Positions 43,142 to 52,639 of a stretch of 64,000 bases of DNA are shown here, piece by piece. The stretch is from NCBI GenBank assembly GCA_963749495.1, contig CAVVMW010000006.1:768001-832000 (forward strand), written 5' to 3'. A program made the translations under genes and the position numbers. The stretch is from an uncultured bacterium. Its GTDB lineage: Bacteria > Verrucomicrobiota > Verrucomicrobiia > Limisphaerales > UBA8199. Each line of letters begins with the position of its first letter. The stretch's first letter is position 1. Below the pieces are notes generated by a model, which saw nothing but the letters and a program-made list of their open reading frames with translations, was not told where the DNA came from and made no database searches.

Positions 43142-43981
43142 TCATGGCGGGTTGGGCTTCGTGGCGAGGCAGGACTGAAGACGTTTTAGGTCCGCGTTGT
43201 TATGCTGGACAACGGTGTTGATCTCCATGACCGTCATGGTGCGAGGGTCCCGCCAGGTCCAGTGTTCGACATGGCCGTCAGCGAAGGAAAAATCGCAGCC
43301 ACGATTGTGCCAGGTGGCCGGCAAATTCATCCACTCGTCGCCTTCCGGGGCAAGACCGTAACATCCGTCATCGATGCTGTTTTGGTGCTCGTCGAGAAAG
43401 ACAAACGCTCGCGCAGGTGGCGGCTGGGTGATGTCGGTCGTCTTGTAATTGACGTGGTATCCCTTTTGACCAAAGTACACCAGCCCGACGTCGACGCCGA
43501 ACTCACCCATGTAACAATTGATGGAGTAACTGCGCACGCGCAGATAGGTCACGCTGCCGATGACCGAACGGCCCAGATCGCTCGGACAGCGATAAATGGC
43601 GGTACTCGCATTGTAACGATACAGCAGGCCCTGGGCAATCAGGGCGGCGTTCGTGGACTCAGGATCATTGTCATTCATATAGCCCAGAATCCAATTTGTT
43701 GCCCCCGGATTGTCACTCACCCCGTTGGGGACCAAGAATTCTCTATTATCCAGCGGATACATCAGCCAGCAAAGCTGGAGTTGTTTTAGGTTGTTCAGGC
43801 AAGCCGTCTGCTGGGCCTTGGCCTTGGCCTTTGTTAGCGCGGGCAGCAGCATGGCTGCCAAGATGGCGATGATCGCGATGACGACGAGAAGTTCGATCAG
43901 GGTGAACGCTGGTCCACTGGTGAACCTGCTGTCAGGTCGAAAACTGCTGACCTGATCCAATCTCCGGCAAGGCCGTTTCAT
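43142..43981 (-). CDS. prepilin-type N-methylation / H-X9-DG (DUF1559-like) protein
   Basis: [46 protein letters not shown]. Confidence 0.92.
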   Translation of the reverse strand: MKRPCRRLDQVSSFRPDSRFTSGPAFTLIELLVVIAIIAILAAMLLPALTKAKAKAQQTACLNNLKQLQLCWLMYPLDNREFLVPNGVSDNPGATNWILGYMNDNDPESTNAALIAQGLLYRYNASTAIYRCPSDLGRSVIGSVTYLRVRSYSINCYMGEFGVDVGLVYFGQKGYHVNYKTTDITQPPPARAFVFLDEHQNSIDDGCYGLAPEGDEWMNLPATWHNRGCDFSFADGHVEHWTWRDPRTMTVMEINTVVQHNNADLKRLQSCLATKPNPP

Positions 43982-44104
43982 AAAATCCTGTGTCAGCAAG
44001 ATTAGACGCCTCACGGGCGACGAAGTCAAGAGGAATGAACCGCAGAGAACCTGCCCTCCCGCCTCACCCAACCCCTCCCCCCAATCAGCTTCGCCCCTTC
44101 AAAC

Positions 44105-44122
44105 CGGTATAATCATCTGAAT
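44105..44122 (+). promoter_or_regulatory. repeated promoter motif, copy 1
   Basis: CGGTATAATCATCTGAAT with TATAAT, identical at 46402-46419. Confidence 0.65.
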
Positions 44123-44169
44123 TGCCTCGATCGAGGCGGGTTCGTTTTCCCCATCAACCGGCAGGGGGT

Positions 44170-44580
44170 ATGCCACGACCGAAGCACTGTTCTCCTGAGA
44201 TTCGCCGTTTTCTGGTTTCCGTCCTGCACCATGAGGCCAGGAAGAAGGGGAAGCCGATGACCGGCCTGGCGAATCAACTTCTCCAGGACGGTCTCAAGGG
44301 CACCGAGGGCTGGAGGAAGGCGGCGGAGTCTCTGAAGTCGCTTCGGCTCCAGGAGATCGAAACACCAGAACTGGACCCTGACACACCTCCCCCTGCACCT
44401 GCCTCTTCTCCTGCGGCTGTCAAAGGTCGTGGGAGGAGATGTGGGTGTGGGAGTTGTGAAGAGACCGGTCACCTCGTGCTTAGCTTTCAGAAAAGGCCAT
44501 TCTGTCCACGATACCTGTGGAACCTGAACAACGCCTACAACCTCTCCGTAGAGAACCCCGAAACAATCCCAGACTGCTGA
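44170..44580 (+). CDS. ribbon-helix-helix-like protein (C-terminal extent uncertain)
   Basis: FLVSVLHHEARKKGKPMTGLANQLL, paralogue of 46460..46666. Confidence 0.6.
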   Translation: MPRPKHCSPEIRRFLVSVLHHEARKKGKPMTGLANQLLQDGLKGTEGWRKAAESLKSLRLQEIETPELDPDTPPPAPASSPAAVKGRGRRCGCGSCEETGHLVLSFQKRPFCPRYLWNLNNAYNLSVENPETIPDC

Positions 44581-44583
44581 AGC

Positions 44584-45789
44584 TCACGGCGGGCTAAGCC
44601 GGTAGAGACGGACGGGATAATTAGCCGCATCTGGATCGCTGAAATCGGAATGACCATTGGTCAGGATAAGGGTTTGGATTGGAGACCAGATGGGGTTGGC
44701 TAGATTCGTGCAGGCCACCACAACGACCGAAATGTCCGCGGCGCCGGTGACGGTGAACCCAAATCGATTGCTCTGCACACCGAAGCTCGTATTGAGGACT
44801 TGTATTTGCGGATTCCAAAGCACCGTCGGATGATCGTTAAACGTCGTACCCCAGCCCGTGCTGCAGGGCGAGTAATAGCCCATTGCGCTGCTGGCGCCCA
44901 AGAACACATTCTGACCAAGGACGGGGGCGTTTCCGTAAAAATAGACTCCCGTCAGGCTGGAGCAGTACCAAAATGCATAGTCCCCGATGTTGGTGACGCC
45001 GCTTCCTATCGTGACGTTGCTCAGGTTGGTGCAACCATAGAATGCCCACCCTCCAATGCTGGTGACGCTGTTAGGGATCGTGATGCTGGCCAGACTGAGG
45101 CAGCTCCCGAATGGCTCAACTCCAATGGTGGTGATGCTGTTAGGGATCATTATGTCGGTCAGCTTGGAGCAGAACTCGAACGTATAGTCGCCGATGGTGG
45201 TGACGTTTCGTCCTAGGGCGACGCTGGTCAGGTTACTGCAGCCCCAGAACGCATTGGTTCCGATGCTGGTGACACTGTTAGGAATTGTGACCGTGCGTAG
45301 AGTCGTGCAGCTTTCAAACGCCTCGTCCGCTATACTGGTCACGCTGTTGGGGATCGTGACGCCGGTCAGGCGAGTGGCATAGAACGCGCAATACCCGATG
45401 TTGGTGACACTGTTGGGGATCGTGACGTTGGTCAGGCTGGTGCAACCAAAGAACATGCTAAGCCCGATGCTCGTGACCCCGTTGCCTATAGTGGCACTCT
45501 TCAGGTTTACGCACGCCTCGAACGCCCCGTCTCCGATCGTGGTAACGCTGTCGGGGATTGTGACGCTGATGAGGTTCGTGCAGTAGCCAAATGCCAACCT
45601 CCCAATGCTGGTGACCGGCATGTCATGAATCATGTCAGGGATAATCACCACGCCTCCCGAACCGGTGTATCCTGTGATTGCTGTCGTGCCCTGGTTGATC
45701 GTGTAACTAAATTGGGCTTGTGCCGCGACAGGTGCCGCCAACAACAGCAAGAGCAGCAGCCTTGCGGCCCAGCCAGTTCTCAAACGCAT
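44584..45789 (-). CDS. BspA-type leucine-rich repeat surface protein
   Basis: TIPNSVTSIG..AF..C..L repeats, signal peptide, C-terminal FGFTVTG..FSDP..YRL domain. Confidence 0.92.
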   Translation of the reverse strand: MRLRTGWAARLLLLLLLAAPVAAQAQFSYTINQGTTAITGYTGSGGVVIIPDMIHDMPVTSIGRLAFGYCTNLISVTIPDSVTTIGDGAFEACVNLKSATIGNGVTSIGLSMFFGCTSLTNVTIPNSVTNIGYCAFYATRLTGVTIPNSVTSIADEAFESCTTLRTVTIPNSVTSIGTNAFWGCSNLTSVALGRNVTTIGDYTFEFCSKLTDIMIPNSITTIGVEPFGSCLSLASITIPNSVTSIGGWAFYGCTNLSNVTIGSGVTNIGDYAFWYCSSLTGVYFYGNAPVLGQNVFLGASSAMGYYSPCSTGWGTTFNDHPTVLWNPQIQVLNTSFGVQSNRFGFTVTGAADISVVVVACTNLANPIWSPIQTLILTNGHSDFSDPDAANYPVRLYRLSPP

Positions 45790-46065
45790 GGCCGTCGTCT
45801 TCGTGCAGCCTGGTCTCGCAAGGCTTCTTTTCGTAGTGGTAACGGCCATGCGAAAGGGCCGTTCAGCCAGGAGAAGCCCAGGAATTGCCGATAACCACGA
45901 GATGATCGTTTTCATGCCAACATCTTCGGCCTCCGGCAAGTCAACCCACTTCATGCGGGCCAGGCTGCCGAAAACTGAATCCATCTGGTGTTTTATGCCG
46001 TTTGCCGGAACTCGTCAACGAAAAACATTCCGCATAAGGAATGCCAAATCGTTCAACCTCTCCCC

Positions 46066-46278
46066 ATGCGGCAGACGTTGGACCATCAACTTGCGATTTT
46101 TCTCCGCAAAAGACGGGGAGAAACCCCCTATTCTGCTTTCGCCAGAAAGCTCGGAATCACGCCGTCGAGCCTGTTCCGTCTTGAAAATGGACAGCAGAGC
46201 ATCACCCTCAAGACGCTCCAGCAAATCATGGACCGGCTGAAGTGCTCCTTGTCCGACATGTTCCCGCCTCAGCAATGA
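46066..46278 (+). CDS. XRE-family HTH regulator
   Basis: FARKLGITPSSLFRLENGQQSITLKTL. Confidence 0.85.
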   Translation: MRQTLDHQLAIFLRKRRGETPYSAFARKLGITPSSLFRLENGQQSITLKTLQQIMDRLKCSLSDMFPPQQ

Positions 46279-46401
46279 CGGCTGACAGTTGCTGCTGATG
46301 GGGGTTGTCGGGTTGGCAGGTTCGGCCGCCAAGATTTCACCAAGGGCCCCCTGCCTCACCCTCGGTTTCTGATCCCCCTCTGCGAGTTTGAGCCGTCGAA
46401 G

Positions 46402-46419
46402 CGGTATAATCATCTGAAT
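46402..46419 (+). promoter_or_regulatory. repeated promoter motif, copy 2
   Basis: CGGTATAATCATCTGAAT upstream of GGAGG RBS and ATG 46460. Confidence 0.65.
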
Positions 46420-46459
46420 CCATCCCAAGGATCGATTCAAAGATCAAGCCGGAGGACAC

Positions 46460-46666
46460 ATGCCCCAAAAGCACTACACCCCACCCCTGTGCCGTTTCAT
46501 CGTCAGCGCCTTGTACCACGAAGCCAAGGCCCGGAAGATCCCCATGACCCGACTCGCCAATGAACTTGTCGAGGCCGGGTTGAAGGATTCGCCGGGCTGG
46601 AAGCAGGCTCAGGTGCAGGAGGCGATGCGGATGGGGGAGGGGGTAACGGAGTACCGAACGAAGTAA
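46460..46666 (+). CDS. ribbon-helix-helix-like protein
   Basis: FIVSALYHEAKARKIPMTRLANELV; strong RBS. Confidence 0.7.
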   Translation: MPQKHYTPPLCRFIVSALYHEAKARKIPMTRLANELVEAGLKDSPGWKQAQVQEAMRMGEGVTEYRTK

Positions 46667-46692
46667 ACCGCGACATCAACCACAACCACCGC

Positions 46693-46720
46693 AGGCCCAG
46701 TTCTTTCGAGGACTGGGCCT
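46693..46720 (+). terminator. hairpin R1 (12-bp stem, TTCG loop)
   Basis: AGGCCCAGTTCT-TTCG-AGGACTGGGCCT followed by T-rich tract. Confidence 0.7.
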
Positions 46721-46772
46721 TTCGATTTTCCTCTTTTCATCATCAAAACCCAAAAGAAAGGACAAAAACCAC

Positions 46773-47270
46773 ATGATCACACTCGAATGCAATTATTCCA
46801 AAAAGCTCGGGCTGCCGGGCTATTCCTCCCACCAGTTCAGCATCACCCTCAAGACGGAAATCGCTGACCTGGCGCAAGTACAGGCCGAAAGCGCCAGGCT
46901 CTACAAGCTGCTCCAGGAGGGCGTCGACACCAGCATCAAGGAGACCGGGTATCTGCCCGCCAATGCGAACGGCAGAGGCAACGGTCAGGGTCAGGGCAGC
47001 GGCAATGCTCAAAACCAGGCCGGCGAGAATGGAGCCTGGAACTGCTCCCTCAAACAACAAAACCTCATCCAGAAGATCGTCGGCGAGAACAACCTGAACA
47101 AGAACGAGGTCGAGGCATTGGCCCAGGAGCGGTTCGGCAAAGGGGTCAAGGCCCTCAACAAGCTCGAAGCGTCCGGGCTCATCGAAGAACTGCTCGAGAA
47201 AACCGGCCAGAACAAGGGACAGGGGCGCGGCAGGTTCCAAAGCCGTTTCCAGAGGGCAGGTGGAAGATGA
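46773..47270 (+). CDS. hypothetical protein
   Basis: YSKKLGLPGYSSH N-domain; CS.KQ..LNKLEASGLIEEL helical C-domain; ATGA-coupled to the nuclease. Confidence 0.75.
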   Translation: MITLECNYSKKLGLPGYSSHQFSITLKTEIADLAQVQAESARLYKLLQEGVDTSIKETGYLPANANGRGNGQGQGSGNAQNQAGENGAWNCSLKQQNLIQKIVGENNLNKNEVEALAQERFGKGVKALNKLEASGLIEELLEKTGQNKGQGRGRFQSRFQRAGGR

Positions 47271-48091
47271 TCGCTGCCCCTGAAGCTGCTGCCGCCCTTC
47301 AATCCTCCTCCCGATCCATAGAAGCGCAGATCCAGATGCTCCAGAAAACGGTTTCTGCATCTCGGCTCACGACTTGGCTGTCCTGCCGGCTCAAGTTCTT
47401 CTTCCGGCACGTTCAAAGGATTCCAAAGCCCAAGACACCTTCCCTGCACGTCGGTTCGGTTGTGCATGTGGTGTTGCAGGCGTGGAATATGGCGCGGTGG
47501 AGGAGACAGCCCTTTGAGATCGCACGGTTCAAAAAGCTGTTCGACGAGGGGTGGGCAGATCAACCGGGCAAGATCAACTGGCAGGACGAGGAACCGGCCC
47601 AGAAGAACACAGCCTGGTCACTGCTGGAGACGTACTTCGCCGAGACGCCCATAAAGGCAAACGAAATGCCGGAGGCCGTGGAAGTGCCAGTGGAAGCGGA
47701 TCTGTCGAGATATGGCCTGCCGACGTTGCGTGGAGTGCTGGACCTGGTGCGAGCCGGAGGTCGGATCGTGGACTTCAAAACCACTGCCAAGAGCCCGAGC
47801 GCACGAGACGTTATCCACCAGCACGAGACTCAATTGTCGTGTTATTCGGTCCTGTACAGGGAGGCCACAGGGCACAGGGAATCGGCAAGGGAGTCGCATC
47901 ACCTGGTCAAAACGAAAGTGCCCAAGCTCGTCATCACCTCGTTGGAGCCAATGAACGAAACCCAGCAAGTTCGGTTGTTTCGGATCATGAATTCGTATGT
48001 CGAGGGGTTGGCCAGGGAGGACTTCGTTCCATCTCCAGGTCTCCAGTGCGCCGGTTGTCAGTTTTTCAACGAGTGCAGGCTCTGGGCTTGA
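47267..48091 (+). CDS. PD-(D/E)XK (RecB/AddB/Cas4-like) nuclease with four-Cys Fe-S motif
   Basis: SASRL..C, GVLDLV..IVDFKT, QLSCY, CAGCQFFNEC. Confidence 0.88.
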   Translation: MIAAPEAAAALQSSSRSIEAQIQMLQKTVSASRLTTWLSCRLKFFFRHVQRIPKPKTPSLHVGSVVHVVLQAWNMARWRRQPFEIARFKKLFDEGWADQPGKINWQDEEPAQKNTAWSLLETYFAETPIKANEMPEAVEVPVEADLSRYGLPTLRGVLDLVRAGGRIVDFKTTAKSPSARDVIHQHETQLSCYSVLYREATGHRESARESHHLVKTKVPKLVITSLEPMNETQQVRLFRIMNSYVEGLAREDFVPSPGLQCAGCQFFNECRLWA

Positions 48092-48103
48092 GGAGGAACC
48101 ACC

Positions 48104-48664
48104 ATGCCGAACCTAACCCCGCAACTCAAACACACCGGCCTGAACGAGAAGCTGGAAATCTACCGGGTCACGAGCGCCAGGTGTCACGAATGGCATGGGG
48201 ACCGAGATGGGCAGGGCGGTTCTTGCCTGTACTGGTCCCTGACATTGATGGGCGTGCTGCTGGAACGTGGGTATCGCGCCCTGATTCAAGCCGGCGGCAT
48301 GTCCTGGCCAATTCTGCCGCCAGGAGAAGACGACGGTAAGAGTCCGACGCACTTCAGCTACGAGTGGTCCCCATGGCGAGAGGAAAGCCAGGCCGCCCTG
48401 AAATTGGGATTGCTGCCGGAGATTCACGTCTGGGTCGGCCTGCCTGATTCAAACGAGTTGCTGGACTTCTCCACGAAGTACCTGCCCCAACAAGCCGCCA
48501 AGGAAGGTCTGGTGTGGCGAACAAAGCCTCCACCAGACTTCCTTTGGTGCGGCCCTTCTGAACTGCCCGATGGCGTCATGTACAAACCAGACCTCGGCGC
48601 CATCGGGTTCATCCTTGACCGAATCAGCAGAACCAAAATGGAGGTGACATCATGGTCTGGATGA
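48104..48664 (+). CDS. hypothetical protein, possible transglutaminase/papain-like fold
   Basis: SCLYWS..HVWV..LLDF Cys-His-Asp spacing. Confidence 0.6.
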   Translation: MPNLTPQLKHTGLNEKLEIYRVTSARCHEWHGDRDGQGGSCLYWSLTLMGVLLERGYRALIQAGGMSWPILPPGEDDGKSPTHFSYEWSPWREESQAALKLGLLPEIHVWVGLPDSNELLDFSTKYLPQQAAKEGLVWRTKPPPDFLWCGPSELPDGVMYKPDLGAIGFILDRISRTKMEVTSWSG

Positions 48665-48829
48665 GCTGGCGGCCGGAAATCCCTGACCCGGAGACATTCT
48701 GGGAGGAGTTCGACCGGCGCATGGATGAGCAGAAAGACGAGGCCATTCTCAGAAGATGCGGATTGCGTGAAAGACCATCCCCGCCACCAAACCTCAACGT
48801 AACGAGAAGAACAAAGAAAGGAGATCCCA

Positions 48830-49279
48830 ATGTCAAACTGGTGTACCAATAGACTCACGATTAGAGGGCCAGAGGCGGAAGTCCTGGCCTTCAAAGACAA
48901 AGCGGTAGGACATTCGCCTTGGAGCAGACCGGAGGAACTGGTCAACGTCGAGCCGAACGTGCTCAACTTCCACAACTTGGTGCCCATCCCTGACGAAGTT
49001 CTGGCGGCCGGTTATGAGGCTGCCGGATATGATTGGGAGAAGGAGCACTGGGGTTGCAAGTGGGGAGCAAACGATACTCGGATTGTTGATGAGTGGGAAG
49101 GCGTGGTCATGTACGAATTCAACACGGCTTGGTCTCCACCCTCTAAGTTCCTGGAGGCTGTGGCGAAGAAATGGCCAAACCTCCTTTGCATCCTGGAGTA
49201 CGAGGAACTTGGTTGTGCCTTCAAGGGCCTGGCCAAATTCCAGGGCGAGCATCACGAGGACCACTGCATCAGCCTGTAA
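48830..49279 (+). CDS. YubB/DUF1281 ferredoxin-like protein
   Basis: MSNWCTN, YDW..HWGCKW, FNTAWSPP. Confidence 0.85.
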   Translation: MSNWCTNRLTIRGPEAEVLAFKDKAVGHSPWSRPEELVNVEPNVLNFHNLVPIPDEVLAAGYEAAGYDWEKEHWGCKWGANDTRIVDEWEGVVMYEFNTAWSPPSKFLEAVAKKWPNLLCILEYEELGCAFKGLAKFQGEHHEDHCISL

Positions 49280-49298
49280 CGAAACCACATCAACCACG

Positions 49299-49330
49299 AG
49301 AGCCGGATTCCTTCAACAGGGTCCGGCTCT
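49299..49330 (+). repeat. hairpin R2
   Basis: AGAGCCGGATTC-cttcaaca-GGGTCCGGCTCT. Confidence 0.8.
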
Positions 49331-49360
49331 TCACTTTTCACACTTCAAACAGAAAGAATA

Positions 49361-50029
49361 ATGAAAACAGAGAATCAACATCCGTACCCGTTCACGATGG
49401 AGCAGTTGAAGGCCCTGACACCCGAACAGCGCCAGGCCATTGAGGCTGTGGCGGAATATCTCTCGGAAGCCAGCATATCGACAGACGACTTGACCGACGA
49501 GGAAATCAGTGACATCTTCAACCTGCTCAGATCCTGCGAAGGTTGTGTCCCGAGTGAGGAGGCCGGCGAAGACCTGCTCAACTCCATCCGCAAGAAGTTC
49601 GGCGCAGTGTACCAGGTAGGGATGGAACTGGCCGAAGTCGAGTTGAAAGAGAAGAAAATCACGGACTTCAACTTCTGCTACGTCATCGACCCCAGCTACG
49701 AGGACGCCACACACATCGCCATCGTGGACTATGACAAGCCGATCTGTTACCTGCACGAGCACATCAAGGCCTGGCATCTCAGCTTCGCCACTCTCTCCGA
49801 ACTGGCCGAAGCGGTCTTGAAGGTGAAGAAGGGCCTGGTGGAGAAGGTGGTCGAATTCATCTGCAAGGAGATCTTCGTGATCATGGACGGTGGGCTGGTC
49901 CATGAAATAGTGAACCTGCCTCCGAACATCAACGTCACGGTCCTGGATTACGATACCGAGGGCGTGGAGAAGGAGAGGTTGGAGATCAGTCCCGTGGATG
50001 GCCAGTTGTGCGTGATCAACAGGTGGTAA
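49361..50029 (+). CDS. hypothetical acidic protein
   Basis: 222-aa ORF, GGLV..VLDYDTEG C-terminus. Confidence 0.7.
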   Translation: MKTENQHPYPFTMEQLKALTPEQRQAIEAVAEYLSEASISTDDLTDEEISDIFNLLRSCEGCVPSEEAGEDLLNSIRKKFGAVYQVGMELAEVELKEKKITDFNFCYVIDPSYEDATHIAIVDYDKPICYLHEHIKAWHLSFATLSELAEAVLKVKKGLVEKVVEFICKEIFVIMDGGLVHEIVNLPPNINVTVLDYDTEGVEKERLEISPVDGQLCVINRW

Positions 50030-50035
50030 ACGCTT

Positions 50036-50395
50036 ATGCATCAATTCATCATCGAAGCAATGGTCAAGGCGCTGAAACCGACCTTGAAGAGCCCCAGGAG
50101 AGCGGAAGAAATCCTCGAGAAGTTCTGGGCCGACAAAATGGCTCTGGTCTGGGACGTTCAGGATGTTCACACGGCTGCCAACGAAAGGGAGGTGGCGCTG
50201 ACGAACCTGGAAGCCGTCAAGGTCCTCGAGGAACTGCATCATCACCACAACAAGCAGTACGGCATCAGATGGGAGGACCTGACCGCCTACATCGAGGAAT
50301 ACGCTCTGGGCCGGAAGTTGACCAAGGCAGAACTGAAGCGGTTCGTGGAGAAGAACATCCTCACCATCGACCGCAAGGACAGAAAGCGCCGATAA
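50036..50395 (+). CDS. hypothetical protein
   Basis: W.VQDV..LT..EA..VL..H...GIRWEDL. Confidence 0.7.
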   Translation: MHQFIIEAMVKALKPTLKSPRRAEEILEKFWADKMALVWDVQDVHTAANEREVALTNLEAVKVLEELHHHHNKQYGIRWEDLTAYIEEYALGRKLTKAELKRFVEKNILTIDRKDRKRR

Positions 50396-50424
50396 CCCCC
50401 ATCAACATCAACCCCCAACTACTT

Positions 50425-50461
50425 GCGGGCCGGATTCAGTGCAAACCTGGGTCCGGCTCGT
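50425..50461 (+). repeat. hairpin R3
   Basis: GCGGGCCGGATTCAG-tgcaaac-CTGGGTCCGGCTCGT. Confidence 0.8.
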
Positions 50462-50477
50462 TTCATCTTTCACTTCC

Positions 50478-50957
50478 ATGGAGAACAACGAACCCAAGAA
50501 AGCGCCGTCAAACACACCTCACGAATTCAAGGTCATGCGGGTCAGAGAATGCCCGTTTCCCCCAGAGTTAATCGACACTCCAGAACGTGCGGCCGAGTAT
50601 TGGAAGCAGAACATCACCAAGGCGGACTGGTATGACGAGAGCAAAGAGGCCGTGGTGGTCTTGATTCTCAACACCCGGCGCAGGATCATCGGCCACAATC
50701 TGGTCACGCTCGGCAATCTGGACTCCTGCTCCGTTCATGCCCGCGAGGTCTTCCGGCCAGTCATCGTGGCAGCCGGAAGCGCCTGCATTCTGATGCACTG
50801 CCACCCCTCAGGAGACAGCACCCCAAGCGAAGGCGACATCAAGGTGACCCGTGAGCTGATTCGAGCCGGTCAACTGCTGAAAATCGAAATCCTCGACCAT
50901 GTAATTGTTGGCACGGCATTCCATTCGTTACGGGAGTTGGGCCACTTCACCGGATGA
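50478..50957 (+). CDS. radC: RadC-like JAB domain protein
   Basis: KEAVVVLILN, VHAREVFR, HCHPSGDSTPSEGD, ILDHVIV. Confidence 0.92.
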   Translation: MENNEPKKAPSNTPHEFKVMRVRECPFPPELIDTPERAAEYWKQNITKADWYDESKEAVVVLILNTRRRIIGHNLVTLGNLDSCSVHAREVFRPVIVAAGSACILMHCHPSGDSTPSEGDIKVTRELIRAGQLLKIEILDHVIVGTAFHSLRELGHFTG

Positions 50958-50993
50958 CCAAAAATGACCGTCGACACGGAGCCCAACAACAAC

Positions 50994-51027
50994 GCGAGCC
51001 AGATTCATTCACGTGGGTCCGGCTCGC
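50994..51027 (+). repeat. hairpin R4
   Basis: GCGAGCCAGATTCA-ttcacg-TGGGTCCGGCTCGC followed by CTTTTTT. Confidence 0.8.
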
Positions 51028-51277
51028 CTTTTTTCCCTGTCTTCAACTCGTTTTCTCGTTTCCTGAGTGCTTGAAAGAACATGTCCGGTATCAGCTTTTC
51101 GAAGGGGAGCAACCGGTACTTGGGAACATGCCGCAAAAGGCGTGTCTTGTACTCGGCCTTGACCACGCTGAGCAGTTCCAGTTCTGAGGTCCACTCCTTG
51201 GGGATGGCAAGCTCCTTCTCCCCGATCTTCCTGAAGAAATCGTTCATCTCCTCGACCAATTTCTCTGTGTGCGTCAT
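51005..51277 (-). CDS. small hypothetical protein (antisense cargo)
   Basis: 90-aa helical ORF ending inside hairpin R4. Confidence 0.55.
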   Translation of the reverse strand: MTHTEKLVEEMNDFFRKIGEKELAIPKEWTSELELLSVVKAEYKTRLLRHVPKYRLLPFEKLIPDMFFQALRKRENELKTGKKGEPDPRE

Positions 51278-51371
51278 GCGTTTCGGCAGTCAACCATACC
51301 CCGAAGGCACACCGAGTCAATCCACGATTCCACTTCCACCATCATCAACCAAGAAAGGAAACATCAGCAAC

Positions 51372-52470
51372 ATGAATGCAACGATTAGCAAACCACAAAC
51401 GGAGCGCATCACCCTGTACTACCGCGAGGGTTCAAGCGACAAGGTGTATCAGGCCGCCATTGAACCCGAGGGCGAATTGTTCGTCGTCAACTTCGCCTTC
51501 GGCCGCCGCGGTTCCACCCTGAACACCGGCACGAAAACACCAGAGCCAGTGGATTTCGAGACGGCCAAGAGGATCTACGACAAGCTGATCCGGGAAAAGA
51601 AGGCCAAGGGCTACACCGAGGGGCCGGAAGGAACCCCGTACCAGCACACGGCAAAGGAGGATCGCGTCACCGGCCTCTTGCCTCAATTGCTCAACCCGAT
51701 TGACGAGGATGAAGCCAAACGCCTGCTCAAAGACGACCACTGGGCGATGCAGGAGAAGTTTGACGGTCGGCGTATGCTGGTCCGGAAGAACCAGGCAGAG
51801 GTCCACGGCATCAACCGCAAGGGCCTGCTCGTTGGCCTGCCCGAAACGGTGTTCGGGTCGGTCAGGAGCATCTCCGGGAGCTTCGTCCTCGATGGCGAAT
51901 GCGTGGGCGACCTGTTCTTCGCCTTCGACCTGCTGGAATGGGACGGCGAGGATCTCCGGCCTCTGCAATATCAGCGCCGGTTGATCAAGGTCTCCAATCT
52001 CCTCAACCGCCGAGGTTTGCACTACATCCGCCTGGCTGAAACGGCTACGGACCCGGCCAACAAGGAGAGGCTGTTTCGGCACCTTCGGTCAGAGAGGAAG
52101 GAGGGCGTGGTCTTCAAGCGCCTGGATGCCCCCTACACTCCTGGCCAGCCCGAACAGCGGCGGTCCCCAGCTCAAGCACAAGTTCTACGCCACCTGCTCT
52201 GCGGTCGTGGCCACCATTAACGAGAAGCGGAGCGTCGAACTCCGTCTGCTCAATGGTCAGGGCTGGAACCCTGTTGGCAACGTCACCATTCCGGTCAACT
52301 CCCAGGTGCCGGCAGTGGGCCAGATCGTCGAAATTCGCTACCTCTACGCCTTCAAGGAGAGCAACGCCCTGTACCAGCCCGTCTACCTGGGCCTTCGGAA
52401 GGACGTTGAAATCCATGAATGCGTCCTCTCCCAGCTCAAGTACAAGGCTGGGGAAACCAAGGAAGCCTGA
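51372..52470 (+). CDS. WGR domain + ATP-dependent DNA ligase (frameshift near 52146)
   Basis: GSSDKVY..FGRRG..KKAKGY; QEKFDG, LDGE, AFDLL, EGVVFK; OB-like tail IVEIRYL..QPVYLGLRKD. Confidence 0.85.
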
Positions 52471-52639
52471 AAACCGAACCAAATTGGTGCGGTTTTGACC
52501 TCTGAACCAGAAAAAGCGTGCCAATTGGCACCATTTCCAGCCAGCCATGCCCCTAAAAGTGTGGCTGGCCTCTTGGGTTTCATCGCGGATCCGAGGAGAA
52601 TTGGGTACGGTGGGGGAAGCTGATCAGGCCCCATTCGTC

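Noticed and set aside
47267..48091. Cas4 of a CRISPR system
   Set aside because: No cas1/cas2 or array; consistent with a solo MGE PD-(D/E)XK nuclease.
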